This document shows, piece by piece, positions 28,250-37,874 of a DNA stretch of 64,000 nt. Each line of letters opens with the position of its first letter. The stretch's first letter is position 1. Made by a program: the position numbers and the translations under genes. Below the pieces are notes generated by a model. It was not told the DNA's origin. It saw only the letters and a list, made by a program, of their open reading frames with translations, and did not search any database. The stretch lies in the NCBI GenBank assembly GCA_963826115.1, contig CAWGVS010000005.1, positions 1,664,001 to 1,728,000 on the forward strand, read 5' to 3'. The DNA comes from an uncultured Candidatus Rokubacteria bacterium. GTDB lineage: Bacteria; Methylomirabilota; Methylomirabilia; Rokubacteriales; DASRDR01.

Positions 28250-30133
28250 ATGCGCGCCCATGACGATGCCCGCCCGGGGCACGGTCACTCCCATCGCCAC
28301 CTCGCGAGCGGAGGCAGCCCGCTCGTCCGCCTGTCGCCGAGCCTCTACTGGTATCCCGACACGTGCAACGTGTACCTCATCACCCGCGGGGACCGCGGGC
28401 TCCTGATCGACTTCGGATCTGGAGGAATCCTCGACCATCTCGACGAGGCGGGCGTGCGCGAGGTCGAGTGGGTCCTCCACACGCACCACCACCGCGATCA
28501 GTGCCAGGGCGACCACCTCCTCGCCGGGCGCGGCGTCCCGATCGCGGTGCCGGAGCGCGAGGCGGCGCTCTTCGCCGAGACCGACGCCTTCTGGCGGCTC
28601 AAGCGCATCTACGACAACTACGACACGTCGAGCATCGGATTCACGCTCCCCCGCCCGGTCACCGTCGCCCGGACGCTCCGCGACTACGAGACCTTCGCCT
28701 GGCGCGGGTACGACATCCGGGTCCTGCCGACGCCGGGACACACCAAGGGCTCGGTCACGTTCGCCGCCGAGATCGACGGCCTGTCGACGGCGTTCTGCGG
28801 AGACCTCGTCGCGGAGCCCGGCCACATACACACGATCCACGATCTCCAGTGGCAGTACGGGCTGCCCGACGCCGCGGGGGCGGCGCTCCACTCGGTGACG
28901 CTCCTGGCGGGGCTCCCGCTCCAGCAGCTCTGCCCGTCTCACGGCCACCCGACCGACGACGCGGGAGCGGCGCTCCGCGCGCTCGAGCCCAAGCTCCGGC
29001 TCCTGTACGGTCTCCAGGGCGAGATGCGGAAGAACCGGGTGTGGCCGGTGTGGCCACACTCGGTGGACCAGCCGAAGGCGCACGTCCTGCCCCACCTCTG
29101 GGCGAACCCGCACTCCGTGGCCAACTGCTACGCGCTCATGGCCGACGACGGGCGGGCGCTGCTCCTCGACTACGGCTTCCCGAGCTGGGACCACATGGCC
29201 GCCGACCTCCGGTTCGTCGAGCACTCGCTGGACGACCTCAAGGCCGTCGCCGGCCTCCGGTCGGTCGACGTCGTGATCCCGAGCCACTACCACGACGACC
29301 ACCTGGCGGGGCTCCCCTGGCTCCAGCAGACGCAGAACACCAAGGCCTGGATCTTCGAGAACTTCGCCGAGATCGTGTCGAACCCGGCCGGCTATAACAT
29401 CCCCTGTCTCCTGCCGCACCCGATCCGCGTGGACAAGGCGCTCCCGGACGGCGGCCGCGTGTCGTGGGACCGGTGGACGTTCGACGTCTTCCACATGCCG
29501 GGGCACACCTGGTGGGCGCTCGGCCTCTTCGGCGAGATCGACGGGACACGCGTCGCGTTCACCGGCGACAACCTACTCCAGGGCACGGTGAGCCCTCTCC
29601 GCGCGGCGGCGCCGGTCTACCGCAACAAGATGATGTCGGACTCGATCGCGGTCGGCGTCCGGCGGCTCATGGAGTTCGAGCCGGAGCTGATCCTGACGGG
29701 CCACACCGGGGCGCTGCGCGTGGACCGCAAGATGCTGGAGGACTTCCACGGCTGGGCGCGCCAGATCGACGGCGTGTTCAAGACCCTGGTCGCGGTGCCC
29801 GCGGAGGTGAACTTCGCCCTCGACCCGAACTTCGCGACGCTGTACCCCTACCGGAACCCCGCCCGCGCCGGTGACCGGCTGCCCATCGAGCTCCGGGTCA
29901 CGAACCACGGAACCGAGGAGGCGGTCGCCCGCGCGAGCCTCGTCGCCCCGCCCGGCTGGTCGGCGTCGCCGGGCGAGGCCCAGACCGTGATCGGGGCCGG
30001 GGAGAGCGGCACGCTCCGGTTCGTGGCCGAGGCTCCGCCGGGCGCCGCGGGGCGCCACGTGCTGTGCGCCGAGCTCACGCTCGGCGAGCGGAGATTCGGC
30101 CAGATCGCCGAGGCCCTCGTCGACGTGAGCTGA
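28250..30133 (+). CDS. Tandem MBL-fold metallo-hydrolase with C-terminal Ig-like domain
   Basis: THHHRDQ/PGHT/GD/PSHG and SHYHDDH/PGHT/GD/TGH motif sets; AGGAGG RBS. Confidence 0.85.
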   Translation: MRAHDDARPGHGHSHRHLASGGSPLVRLSPSLYWYPDTCNVYLITRGDRGLLIDFGSGGILDHLDEAGVREVEWVLHTHHHRDQCQGDHLLAGRGVPIAVPEREAALFAETDAFWRLKRIYDNYDTSSIGFTLPRPVTVARTLRDYETFAWRGYDIRVLPTPGHTKGSVTFAAEIDGLSTAFCGDLVAEPGHIHTIHDLQWQYGLPDAAGAALHSVTLLAGLPLQQLCPSHGHPTDDAGAALRALEPKLRLLYGLQGEMRKNRVWPVWPHSVDQPKAHVLPHLWANPHSVANCYALMADDGRALLLDYGFPSWDHMAADLRFVEHSLDDLKAVAGLRSVDVVIPSHYHDDHLAGLPWLQQTQNTKAWIFENFAEIVSNPAGYNIPCLLPHPIRVDKALPDGGRVSWDRWTFDVFHMPGHTWWALGLFGEIDGTRVAFTGDNLLQGTVSPLRAAAPVYRNKMMSDSIAVGVRRLMEFEPELILTGHTGALRVDRKMLEDFHGWARQIDGVFKTLVAVPAEVNFALDPNFATLYPYRNPARAGDRLPIELRVTNHGTEEAVARASLVAPPGWSASPGEAQTVIGAGESGTLRFVAEAPPGAAGRHVLCAELTLGERRFGQIAEALVDVS

Positions 30134-30169
30134 GCCGTGGCCGCCGGGCGAGGCCCGCCCGGCGCCTCC

Positions 30170-30760
30170 TCAGAGCAGCTCGACGTGGGCCTCGGTGGGC
30201 TTCCCGCTGTTGACCGGCAGCATGTCCTGCGGACACGTCGAGAAGGCCACGACCGCGTCCATCTCAGCCTCGAAGACCACGTACTGGCCGGGCTTCGACA
30301 CCGTCGGCAGGTACTGGATGCCCTTGCCCGGCACGTACTGCGTGTTCTGGAACAGGTTGAACGGGCACGGCGTCTCCGGCGGGGTGAGTCCGATCGCCCG
30401 CATGGCGTCCCAGAGGTTCTCCGTGCAGTTGTCGTGGTGCTCCTTCGCGCCGAGCTGCTGGTACCGGTAGATGTCGCAGGCCGCGACGAGGGTGTCGTGA
30501 ACACCCGGCGAGGTGTCCTCGACCAGCGTGATGATCGGGCGGCGCTTGTTCGTCACCATGGAGTCGCCGACGACCGGCGTCAGCTTGTCGATGGCGACCC
30601 GGCAGTGCTCCATCGACATGAACTCCTTGACGTCGGCGGCGTTGAACGCCCAGTGGTCGACGATCTGCGTGCCGTGCGTGTTGAGCACCTTGTAGCGCCG
30701 GCCCCTGGCGACGCGCAACGCCAGGCCCTTCCGAGCGGGAATCGTGTGTCGTTCCGCCAT
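30170..30760 (-). CDS. DUF1989 (urea carboxylase-associated) family protein
   Basis: GTQIVDHWAFN, HDTLVAAC, NCTENL, PFNLFQN, STCPQD. Confidence 0.88.
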   Translation of the reverse strand: MAERHTIPARKGLALRVARGRRYKVLNTHGTQIVDHWAFNAADVKEFMSMEHCRVAIDKLTPVVGDSMVTNKRRPIITLVEDTSPGVHDTLVAACDIYRYQQLGAKEHHDNCTENLWDAMRAIGLTPPETPCPFNLFQNTQYVPGKGIQYLPTVSKPGQYVVFEAEMDAVVAFSTCPQDMLPVNSGKPTEAHVELL

Positions 30761-30830
30761 GTCGGTCTCTCCTCTCGAGGTCCGCTGCGTATGCCGTCTG
30801 GCGCGGCCGGGGCGGCAGGGGCGCCCGGGC

Positions 30831-31850
30831 TCACCCGACCGCCGGGAACCGCCCCTCCACCGGGTACTGCGGATCCGTGAAGCCGGGAGTCGACGCATGG
30901 CCCGGCGGCACCAGGCCGTCGGCCAGCTTCTCGTCCTCGGCCGTCCAATCGTAGTCGAGCGCGGCCAGGTAGCCGGTCCATTGCTCGAAGGTGCGGGGAC
31001 CGGCGATGATCGCGGTGATCGCGCGGTTGTTCAGTACCCAGGCGCACGCCCAGGCGGCGAGGGTCGTGCCCCGCCGCTCCGCGTGCGCCGCGAGCTCCGC
31101 CGCGATCCTCAGGCTCTCGGGGCGCCACTCGGACTCCAGCATGCGCCGGTCCCGACGGCCGGCCCGACTATCCGGGTCCGCGACCGCGTCGGGCCTGTAC
31201 TTGCCGGTCAGCACGCCCCGCGCGATCGGGCTGTACGGCACGACGCCCAGCCCGAAGGCCCGGGCCGCCGGCAGGAGCTCGACCTCGGGCTGCCGGTTCA
31301 TGAGGTTGTAGTACGGCTGGAGCGCCGCGGGCGGCGGGACGCCGAGCTGCCGGCACAGGTGGTGGACGTGCGGGACGTGCCAGGCCCGCACGTTGGACAG
31401 CCCCCACTCACGGACCTTCCCCGCGCGGATCAGGTCGCCGAACGCGGCGATCGTCCGCTCCCAGGCGGTGTCGGGGTCGACCCGGTGGATATAGTAGAGG
31501 TCGATGTGGTCGGTCTGGAGGTGCGCGAGGCTCGCGTCCACGGCGCGCATCAGGTGCCGGCGAGACAGGCCCCGGTCGGTCACTCCGGGCCCGGTGGCCT
31601 GCGCCGCCTTCGTTGCCACGACCCAGCGGTCCCGCGCGCTCTTGATCGCCGGCCCGATGACGGTCTCCGAGCGCCCCTCCGTGTACACGTCGGCGGTGTC
31701 GATGAAGTTGACGCCGTGGGCGGCGGCATGGTCGATCATGCGCCGCGCCTCGCTCGCGTCCGTCAGTCCACCGAACGTCATGGTGCCGAGGCAGAGCTCG
31801 GACACCCGCACGCCGCTCTGGCCGAGCACGCGATACCGCATCTGGGTCAC
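30831..31850 (-). CDS. Aldo/keto reductase
   Basis: LCLGTMTFG, DTADVY, ATK, IDLYYIH, YSPIARG. Confidence 0.92.
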   Translation of the reverse strand: MTQMRYRVLGQSGVRVSELCLGTMTFGGLTDASEARRMIDHAAAHGVNFIDTADVYTEGRSETVIGPAIKSARDRWVVATKAAQATGPGVTDRGLSRRHLMRAVDASLAHLQTDHIDLYYIHRVDPDTAWERTIAAFGDLIRAGKVREWGLSNVRAWHVPHVHHLCRQLGVPPPAALQPYYNLMNRQPEVELLPAARAFGLGVVPYSPIARGVLTGKYRPDAVADPDSRAGRRDRRMLESEWRPESLRIAAELAAHAERRGTTLAAWACAWVLNNRAITAIIAGPRTFEQWTGYLAALDYDWTAEDEKLADGLVPPGHASTPGFTDPQYPVEGRFPAVG

Positions 31851-31919
31851 CGTGGTCCTCCGAAGCGCGCGCCGCGGCGCGCGGTACGCTTGTCTCGACT
31901 CCGCCCGACGGGAGGAACG

Positions 31920-32528
31920 ATGCGATACGACTTCCTCGTCGACACGTACGCCAGCGAGCGCCTGAAAACCCTGAACGTGTGGGGCATGTTCTCGGACGGC
32001 GACCTGCCCGTCCGACCCCACCCGCGGCTCGCCCGCGACCGCACCCCGGGCGAGCACATGGTCCACCAGTGCATGAGCGAGGACAAGTGGTTCACCGCCA
32101 TGTTCGGGATCGACGTGGGCGCGCCGCCGGTCCCCCAGTCGGAGACGCGGCTCGGCTTCATCCGCCGCTACGCGGAGGACTCCGGGAAGCGGCTCGCGGC
32201 ACTCCGGGGGAAAGACGAGGCGTGGTGGGAGACGGAGGTTCCGTTCTTCGACACGGTGCACAGCCGCGCCTGGATCATGGTCCGGCGGGTCGCGCACACC
32301 GCGCACCACCGGGCCGAGCAGACGACGCTGCTCCGCCTCCTCGGCCACCAGGTCCACAGCGTCTACGGCCCCGCCATAGACACCGGCGGCCTTCCGGCCA
32401 ACCGCGCCGCGACGATCTACGCCTACCCCGACATCCCTGCCCTCATCGAGGGCGAGTCGCACGGAGGCGCCAAGGCGCCCCTTCCCGGCCCCGGGCCCCA
32501 CCCCAGCACGGAGCGCCCCGACCCGTAG
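31920..32528 (+). CDS. DinB family protein
   Basis: EHMVHQCMSE and HTAHHRAEQ His triad; GGAGG RBS. Confidence 0.85.
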   Translation: MRYDFLVDTYASERLKTLNVWGMFSDGDLPVRPHPRLARDRTPGEHMVHQCMSEDKWFTAMFGIDVGAPPVPQSETRLGFIRRYAEDSGKRLAALRGKDEAWWETEVPFFDTVHSRAWIMVRRVAHTAHHRAEQTTLLRLLGHQVHSVYGPAIDTGGLPANRAATIYAYPDIPALIEGESHGGAKAPLPGPGPHPSTERPDP

Positions 32529-32598
32529 CCCGCGTCTGACCCACGCGCATCTCGTGTACACTCGTGCCACACCTGACCGTCCGAAAGGAGGAGCCACC

Positions 32599-32817
32599 AT
32601 GCCGCATTCCTTCACCGTGACCCTCGGCGACGACGGGACCCTCATGAACGTCGTGTCCACCGATGGCAAGGGCGTCTCCGAGAAGATCGAGTCGCCTCCG
32701 CCGTTGCCGCCCGGGAAGACGACTGGCGCCAACGGCATCGGCATCATCATGACCGTGGAAAACCCCATCTGCTGCTACTGGGTCCAGGGCGGGCGCGCGT
32801 TCAAGGTCTGCTGGTAG
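32599..32817 (+). CDS. Small hypothetical protein (72 aa) with Cys/Trp-rich C-terminus
   Basis: Strong RBS AAAGGAGGAG, GC3-biased codons, fills the intergenic gap. Confidence 0.75.
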   Translation: MPHSFTVTLGDDGTLMNVVSTDGKGVSEKIESPPPLPPGKTTGANGIGIIMTVENPICCYWVQGGRAFKVCW

Positions 32818-32863
32818 ATAGCCGGCGGCCCGCGCCGCGGCCGGGCCCGACTCCGAGGGAGCC

Positions 32864-34834
32864 ATGGCACACGAGTTCCGGTATCTTTTCACCCCGATCC
32901 GCGTCGGAGGCCTGACCCTCCGGAACCGTATCTTCTCCACCGGGCACGCCGAGGCCATGGCCGAGGAGGGCAAGCCCGGCCCCCGCCTGCGGGCATACCA
33001 CGAGGGCAAGGCCCGCGGCGGCTGCGCGCTCACGATCTTCGGCGGCTCGTCGAGCGTGCACCCCTCCTCCCCGGCGAGCGCGTGGAACATGCCCGCGAAC
33101 CACGACGACTCCATCATCCCGTCGTATCGCGCGATGGCGGAGGCCATCCATCGCCACGGCGCCCACGTGTTCACCCAGCTCACCCACATGGGCCGGCGCG
33201 CCCAGTCGGACAACGAGAGCTGGCACGTCCTCCTCGCGCCCTCCCAGATCCCCGAGAAGGTCCACCGCGAGATCCCGCACGAGATGGACGCGGACCAGAT
33301 CGCGATGCTCGTGCGCGCGTTCGGGGACGCGGTGCGGCGATGCCGCGAGGGCGGGCTGGACGGGGTCGAGCTTTCCTTCGCCCACAACCACCTGGTCGAC
33401 CAGTTCTGGTCGCCGATCTTCAACCAGCGGACGGACGAGTACGGCGGCAGCCTCGAGAACCGGATGCGCTTCGGCTTCGAGGTGCTCCGGGAGATCCGCC
33501 GCCAGGTCGGCCGGGACTACGTGGTCGGCGCCCGCATCTCGGGGGACGAGTTCACCGACGGCGGTCTGGCCGCCGAGGACATGGCGGAGATCGCCCACCG
33601 GCTCGCGGCCTCGGGGCTCGTCGACTTCCTCTCCATCATCGGCGGCGCGGCCCACTCGTTCGCCCTCCAGGCGGGCGCGGTCCCGAACATGTCGCTCCCG
33701 AACGCCGTGTACGTGCCCCTCGCCGCCGCCATCAAGGCGGCGGTGCCCGAGATCCCCATCTTCCACGCCACGCGCATCGTCGATCCGGTCCACGCCGACC
33801 AGATCCTCGCCGACGGGTCGCTGGACGTCGTGGGCATGACCCGCGCTCTCATCGCCGACCCCGACATGCCGAAGAAGGCCCGCGAGGGTCGGCTCGACGA
33901 GATCCGGCAGTGCGTCGGGGCGAACGAGGGCTGCATCGACCGCATCTACCAGGGGAAGCCCGTCACCTGCATCCAGAACCCGGGCGCCGGTCGCGAGGCC
34001 GAGCTCGGCCCCGATCTGGTGCCGGCGGCGACACGGAAGCGCGTGGTCGTGGTGGGCGGCGGGGTCGGCGGGCTCGAGACCGCGCGAGTGGCGGCCCTCC
34101 GCGGCCACCGCGTGGTGCTCTTCGAGAAGGGCCGCGAGCTCGGGGGGCAGGTCCTGGTCGCCGCGCGCACGCCGGCCCGGGCCGACTACGCGGGAATCGT
34201 CCGGTTCCTGGTGCGCCAGGTGGAGCGCCAGGGCGTCGACGTGCGGCTGTCGGCCGAGGCCGACGTGGACGCCGTCCTCGCCGAGCAGCCGGACGTCGTC
34301 GTGGTGGCGACGGGCTCCCATCCGCACGTCCCGTCGCTGCCGGGGCTGGATGGAAAGCACGTCGTGACCGACCGCGACGTGCTCCTGGGCCGCGCCGAGG
34401 TCGGGGAGCGCGTGGTGGTCGTGGACGACGTCCACACCCAGCAGGGGCTCTCGACGGCGGACTACCTCCTCGAGCAGGGCCGGCGCGTCGAGGTGATCTC
34501 GCGCCTCTTCTACGCGGGCCAGGACGTCGGCATCACGTCCATCGTGCCCCTCTACACGCGGCTCTTCTCGCAGGGCGTGGTCTTCACGCCGCACACGGAC
34601 CTGGTCGCCGTCGAGGGCTCGACCGTCGTCGTCGCCAACGTGTACACCGGTGAGGAGCGCCGCATCGAGGGCGTGGACACCATCGTCCTGTCCATGGGCG
34701 CGCGCTCGACGGACGCGCTCTACCGCGCGCTCCGGGGCCGCGTGCCCGCGCTCCACGCCGTCGGCGACTGCGTCGCCCCGCGAGGCGTGCACCACGCCAT
34801 CCTCGAGGGCACGCGCGTCGCCCGCCTGCTCTGA
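32864..34834 (+). CDS. OYE-family FMN/Fe-S/FAD oxidoreductase (DgcA/StcD-like N-demethylase)
   Basis: QLTHMGRR, AHNHLVDQFWSP, NQRTDEYGGSLENR, CVGANEGC..CIQN, VVGGGVGG. Confidence 0.88.
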   Translation: MAHEFRYLFTPIRVGGLTLRNRIFSTGHAEAMAEEGKPGPRLRAYHEGKARGGCALTIFGGSSSVHPSSPASAWNMPANHDDSIIPSYRAMAEAIHRHGAHVFTQLTHMGRRAQSDNESWHVLLAPSQIPEKVHREIPHEMDADQIAMLVRAFGDAVRRCREGGLDGVELSFAHNHLVDQFWSPIFNQRTDEYGGSLENRMRFGFEVLREIRRQVGRDYVVGARISGDEFTDGGLAAEDMAEIAHRLAASGLVDFLSIIGGAAHSFALQAGAVPNMSLPNAVYVPLAAAIKAAVPEIPIFHATRIVDPVHADQILADGSLDVVGMTRALIADPDMPKKAREGRLDEIRQCVGANEGCIDRIYQGKPVTCIQNPGAGREAELGPDLVPAATRKRVVVVGGGVGGLETARVAALRGHRVVLFEKGRELGGQVLVAARTPARADYAGIVRFLVRQVERQGVDVRLSAEADVDAVLAEQPDVVVVATGSHPHVPSLPGLDGKHVVTDRDVLLGRAEVGERVVVVDDVHTQQGLSTADYLLEQGRRVEVISRLFYAGQDVGITSIVPLYTRLFSQGVVFTPHTDLVAVEGSTVVVANVYTGEERRIEGVDTIVLSMGARSTDALYRALRGRVPALHAVGDCVAPRGVHHAILEGTRVARLL

Positions 34835-34875
34835 GTCACACTCCGGGGTCAGGCCCTGACTTTGACGTCCCGAGC

Positions 34876-35910
34876 GTGAATCAAAGCCCAGGCGCGACCC
34901 CGGTTTGGGTCGTGGCGGAGCCGGGGGCGGCCGAGCCGACGCTCGAGGCGATCGGAGAGGCGGCCGAGCTCGCGCGGCCCGGCTCTCCGGGCGTCGTGGC
35001 CGTCGGGCCCGCCGCGGCCCGCGACGCCCTCGCTCCCCTCGCTGCCCACGGAGCGACGCGCCTTCTGTGGCTCCGGACGGCGGAACCTGCGTCATCGGCC
35101 GAGGCCGGCCGCGCGGCGGGGGCCTGGCTCCGCGCTCAAGGCGCCGGCGCGCCGGTCGTCCTGCTCCCGCACACCCGTCATGGAGCGGGCGTGGCGGCGC
35201 ACCTCACGGTGCTGCTCGACGCCGCCCTCGCGCCCGACGCCGTTGGCGTCCGGCGACACGCCGACGGCGGGCTCGAGGTGACGCGACCCGCCTACGGTGA
35301 CCGGCTGTACGCGACGGTGCGGGTCCCACCGGCCACGGCCGCGGTCGTCACGCTCAGGCCCGGCGCCCTCGGCGTGGGGCCGCGTCGCGCCGCGACGGCC
35401 GTGGCCGTCGAGGAGGCGCCGGCCGCGACCGAGGGCGCGCCGGCCCCGCCGCGCGTCCGCCGCGTGATCGCCGCGGACCCCCGCACGGTGGACATCCGGG
35501 ACGCCGAGCGGATCGTCGCCGGCGGGCGCGGTGTCGGAGCGGACGGGTTCCAGCACCTCCAGGTGCTGGCGGACCTCCTGGGCGCCGCGGTCGGCGGAAG
35601 CCGGGTGGCCGTCGACCTCGGCTGGATTCCGTGGGAGCGCCAGGTCGGCCAGAGCGGGCGCGCGGTCGCGCCCGAGCTCTATCTCGCCTTCGGCATCTCC
35701 GGGGCGAGCCAGCACCTTGCCGGCATCGAGCGCGCGCGCGCCGTGATCGCCGTGAACGCGGACCCGGCGGCGCCGCTCCTCGGGCGGGCGCAGCTCGCTG
35801 CCGTCGCGGACTGGCGCCCCGTCGCGGAGGCGCTGATCGAGCGCCTCCGGGCGCGCCGCGACACGGCCCCGGACGGACGAGCGCCCGCCAGCCCCGGGGC
35901 CGCCGAGTGA
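34876..35910 (+). CDS. etfA: Electron transfer flavoprotein alpha subunit
   Basis: RPAYG, IVAGGRG, QVGQSG..VAP.LY.AFGISGASQH. Confidence 0.9.
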   Translation: MNQSPGATPVWVVAEPGAAEPTLEAIGEAAELARPGSPGVVAVGPAAARDALAPLAAHGATRLLWLRTAEPASSAEAGRAAGAWLRAQGAGAPVVLLPHTRHGAGVAAHLTVLLDAALAPDAVGVRRHADGGLEVTRPAYGDRLYATVRVPPATAAVVTLRPGALGVGPRRAATAVAVEEAPAATEGAPAPPRVRRVIAADPRTVDIRDAERIVAGGRGVGADGFQHLQVLADLLGAAVGGSRVAVDLGWIPWERQVGQSGRAVAPELYLAFGISGASQHLAGIERARAVIAVNADPAAPLLGRAQLAAVADWRPVAEALIERLRARRDTAPDGRAPASPGAAE

Positions 35911-37874
35911 CCGACGTCACCCGCGTCATCTGGTGGAACGTCCCGGGATGGCTCGAGACGCTTCTCTACGTCGGCACCGCGCTCGGCCTCGGGCTGAGCG
36001 CGCTCGTCCTCGCGCGCCGCGCCCGGACCGTGCTCCGCGGGCGCCCGATCCGGCCACCGCGCGCCTTCGAGCTCGGGTCGGCCGTCCGGCGCGTCCTCGG
36101 CGACGTGCTGACCCACCGGCGGCTCTTCGAGGATCGCGGCGCGGGCTGGGCCCATGCCCTCCTCTTCTACGGCTTCCTGGCCCTCTTCATCGGCACGTGC
36201 CTGGTGTTCGTCCACGACAAGATCGTCGCGTTCCTCGTCGGGCCGACCTACCTCGTATTCTCGTTCCTCCTCGAATGGGCCGGGCTCGCGTTCCTCGCCG
36301 GCGTCGGCTGGACGGCCTGGCGGCGGCTCGCCGGGCGCGTGCCCCGGCTCGAGCGGAGCGGCGTCGCGCTCGGGATCCTGGCGCTCCTCGGCGCCATCGG
36401 GGTGACAGGTTTCCTCCTGGAGGCCGCGCGGATCGCGGCCACCGACCCGCCGTTCGAGGCGTGGTCGTTCGTGGGGTGGACACTCTCGCGGGCCCTGATG
36501 GCGGCGGGCGTGCCCGCAGCGCCGTTCCACCGGGTGCTGTGGGGCACGCACGCGGCGCTCTGCTGGTTGTTCTTCGGCCTGATCGGGGTGACCGTCCTCC
36601 GCCACATGATCGTCGCCCCGGTGCAGATCGCCCTCCGCCAGCTCCGGACCCCGGGACGGCTCGCGCCCCCCCTCGCCGAGCCCGCGCCGCTCGAGCCCGA
36701 GCGGCTCACGTGGGCCCAGCTGCTCGACGCGGCGACGTGCGTCCGCTGCGGCCGCTGCACGGCCGTGTGTCCCGCGACCGCGGCCGGCAAGCCTCTCGAT
36801 CCCCGGCGCGTGGTCCAGGCGACGCTCCAGGCGATGCGCGACGGCCGGGCGCTCGACACCCTGGTCACGCCTGACGAGGCCTGGTCGTGCACGACGTGCG
36901 CGGCCTGCGTCCGCGCGTGCCCGTTCGAGATCGAGGTCCTGGACAAGCTGGTGGACCTGCGCCGCGGGCTGGTCGAGGCGGGCGCGATCGACCCCGCCGC
37001 CGCGCGAGCGCTCGAGGGAATCGCGGAGCGCGGTAATCCCTTCGGCGGGGTGCCGGCGGATCGCCAGGCCTGGGCGGCCGGCCTCGACGTGCGCGTCCTC
37101 CGTCCCGGCGAGGAGACCGACGTCCTCTACTGGGTCGGCTGCGCCGGCGCGTTCGATCCCCACGGGCGGCGGATCGCCCAGGCGACCGCGCGGCTCCTCC
37201 GGGCGGCGGGCGTCGAGTTCGCGGTCCTCGGCTCCGCCGAGACCTGCACGGGCGACCCGGCGCGCCGGATCGGAGACGAGACGGCCTTCCGCGACGCGGC
37301 CGGCCGCGTCGCGGCCACCCTCGACGGCGTGCGCTTCCGGCGCCTCGTCACCCACTGCGCGCACTGCTTCAACGTCTTCCGCAACGAGCTCGGTCCCGCG
37401 ACGGATCGCGCCGCCGTCCCGGCGGTCCACCACACCGAGCTGCTCGCCGAGCTGGTCGAGGCGGGCCGGCTCGAGCCGCGCGCCGCCGCGTCCGAGCCCG
37501 TGACTCTCCACGATCCCTGCTACCTGGCGCGTCACAACGGGGAGACGCGCGCGCCGAGGGCGGCGCTCGGCGCCGCGAGCGCCGGGCTGGTGGAGATGCC
37601 GCGGAGCGGCCAGCAGACATTCTGCTGCGGCGCGGGCGGCGGCGGGGCGTGGGTCGAGGTGCGCAAGGGCTCCCGGATCGCTGCGCTCCGGATGGCCGAG
37701 GCGCGCCAGACCGGCGCGCGGGTGGTGGCGACCGCGTGTCCCTTCTGCGCCCTCATGCTCTCGGGCGAGACCCAGCCCGGCGACATCGCGGTGCGCGACG
37801 TGGCCGAGCTCCTGTGGGAGAGCCAGCCCGGTCCCGCCGCGGCGGGCGGCGCCGCCCGTCCGGGGCCCGCATGA
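35907..37874 (+). CDS. Membrane-bound Fe-S oxidoreductase (DgcB/HdrD-like, CCG domains)
   Basis: N-terminal TM helices with His; CVRCGRCTAVCP, CTTCAACVRACP; HDPCYL, CCGAGGG. Confidence 0.88.
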   Translation: MTDVTRVIWWNVPGWLETLLYVGTALGLGLSALVLARRARTVLRGRPIRPPRAFELGSAVRRVLGDVLTHRRLFEDRGAGWAHALLFYGFLALFIGTCLVFVHDKIVAFLVGPTYLVFSFLLEWAGLAFLAGVGWTAWRRLAGRVPRLERSGVALGILALLGAIGVTGFLLEAARIAATDPPFEAWSFVGWTLSRALMAAGVPAAPFHRVLWGTHAALCWLFFGLIGVTVLRHMIVAPVQIALRQLRTPGRLAPPLAEPAPLEPERLTWAQLLDAATCVRCGRCTAVCPATAAGKPLDPRRVVQATLQAMRDGRALDTLVTPDEAWSCTTCAACVRACPFEIEVLDKLVDLRRGLVEAGAIDPAAARALEGIAERGNPFGGVPADRQAWAAGLDVRVLRPGEETDVLYWVGCAGAFDPHGRRIAQATARLLRAAGVEFAVLGSAETCTGDPARRIGDETAFRDAAGRVAATLDGVRFRRLVTHCAHCFNVFRNELGPATDRAAVPAVHHTELLAELVEAGRLEPRAAASEPVTLHDPCYLARHNGETRAPRAALGAASAGLVEMPRSGQQTFCCGAGGGGAWVEVRKGSRIAALRMAEARQTGARVVATACPFCALMLSGETQPGDIAVRDVAELLWESQPGPAAAGGAARPGPA

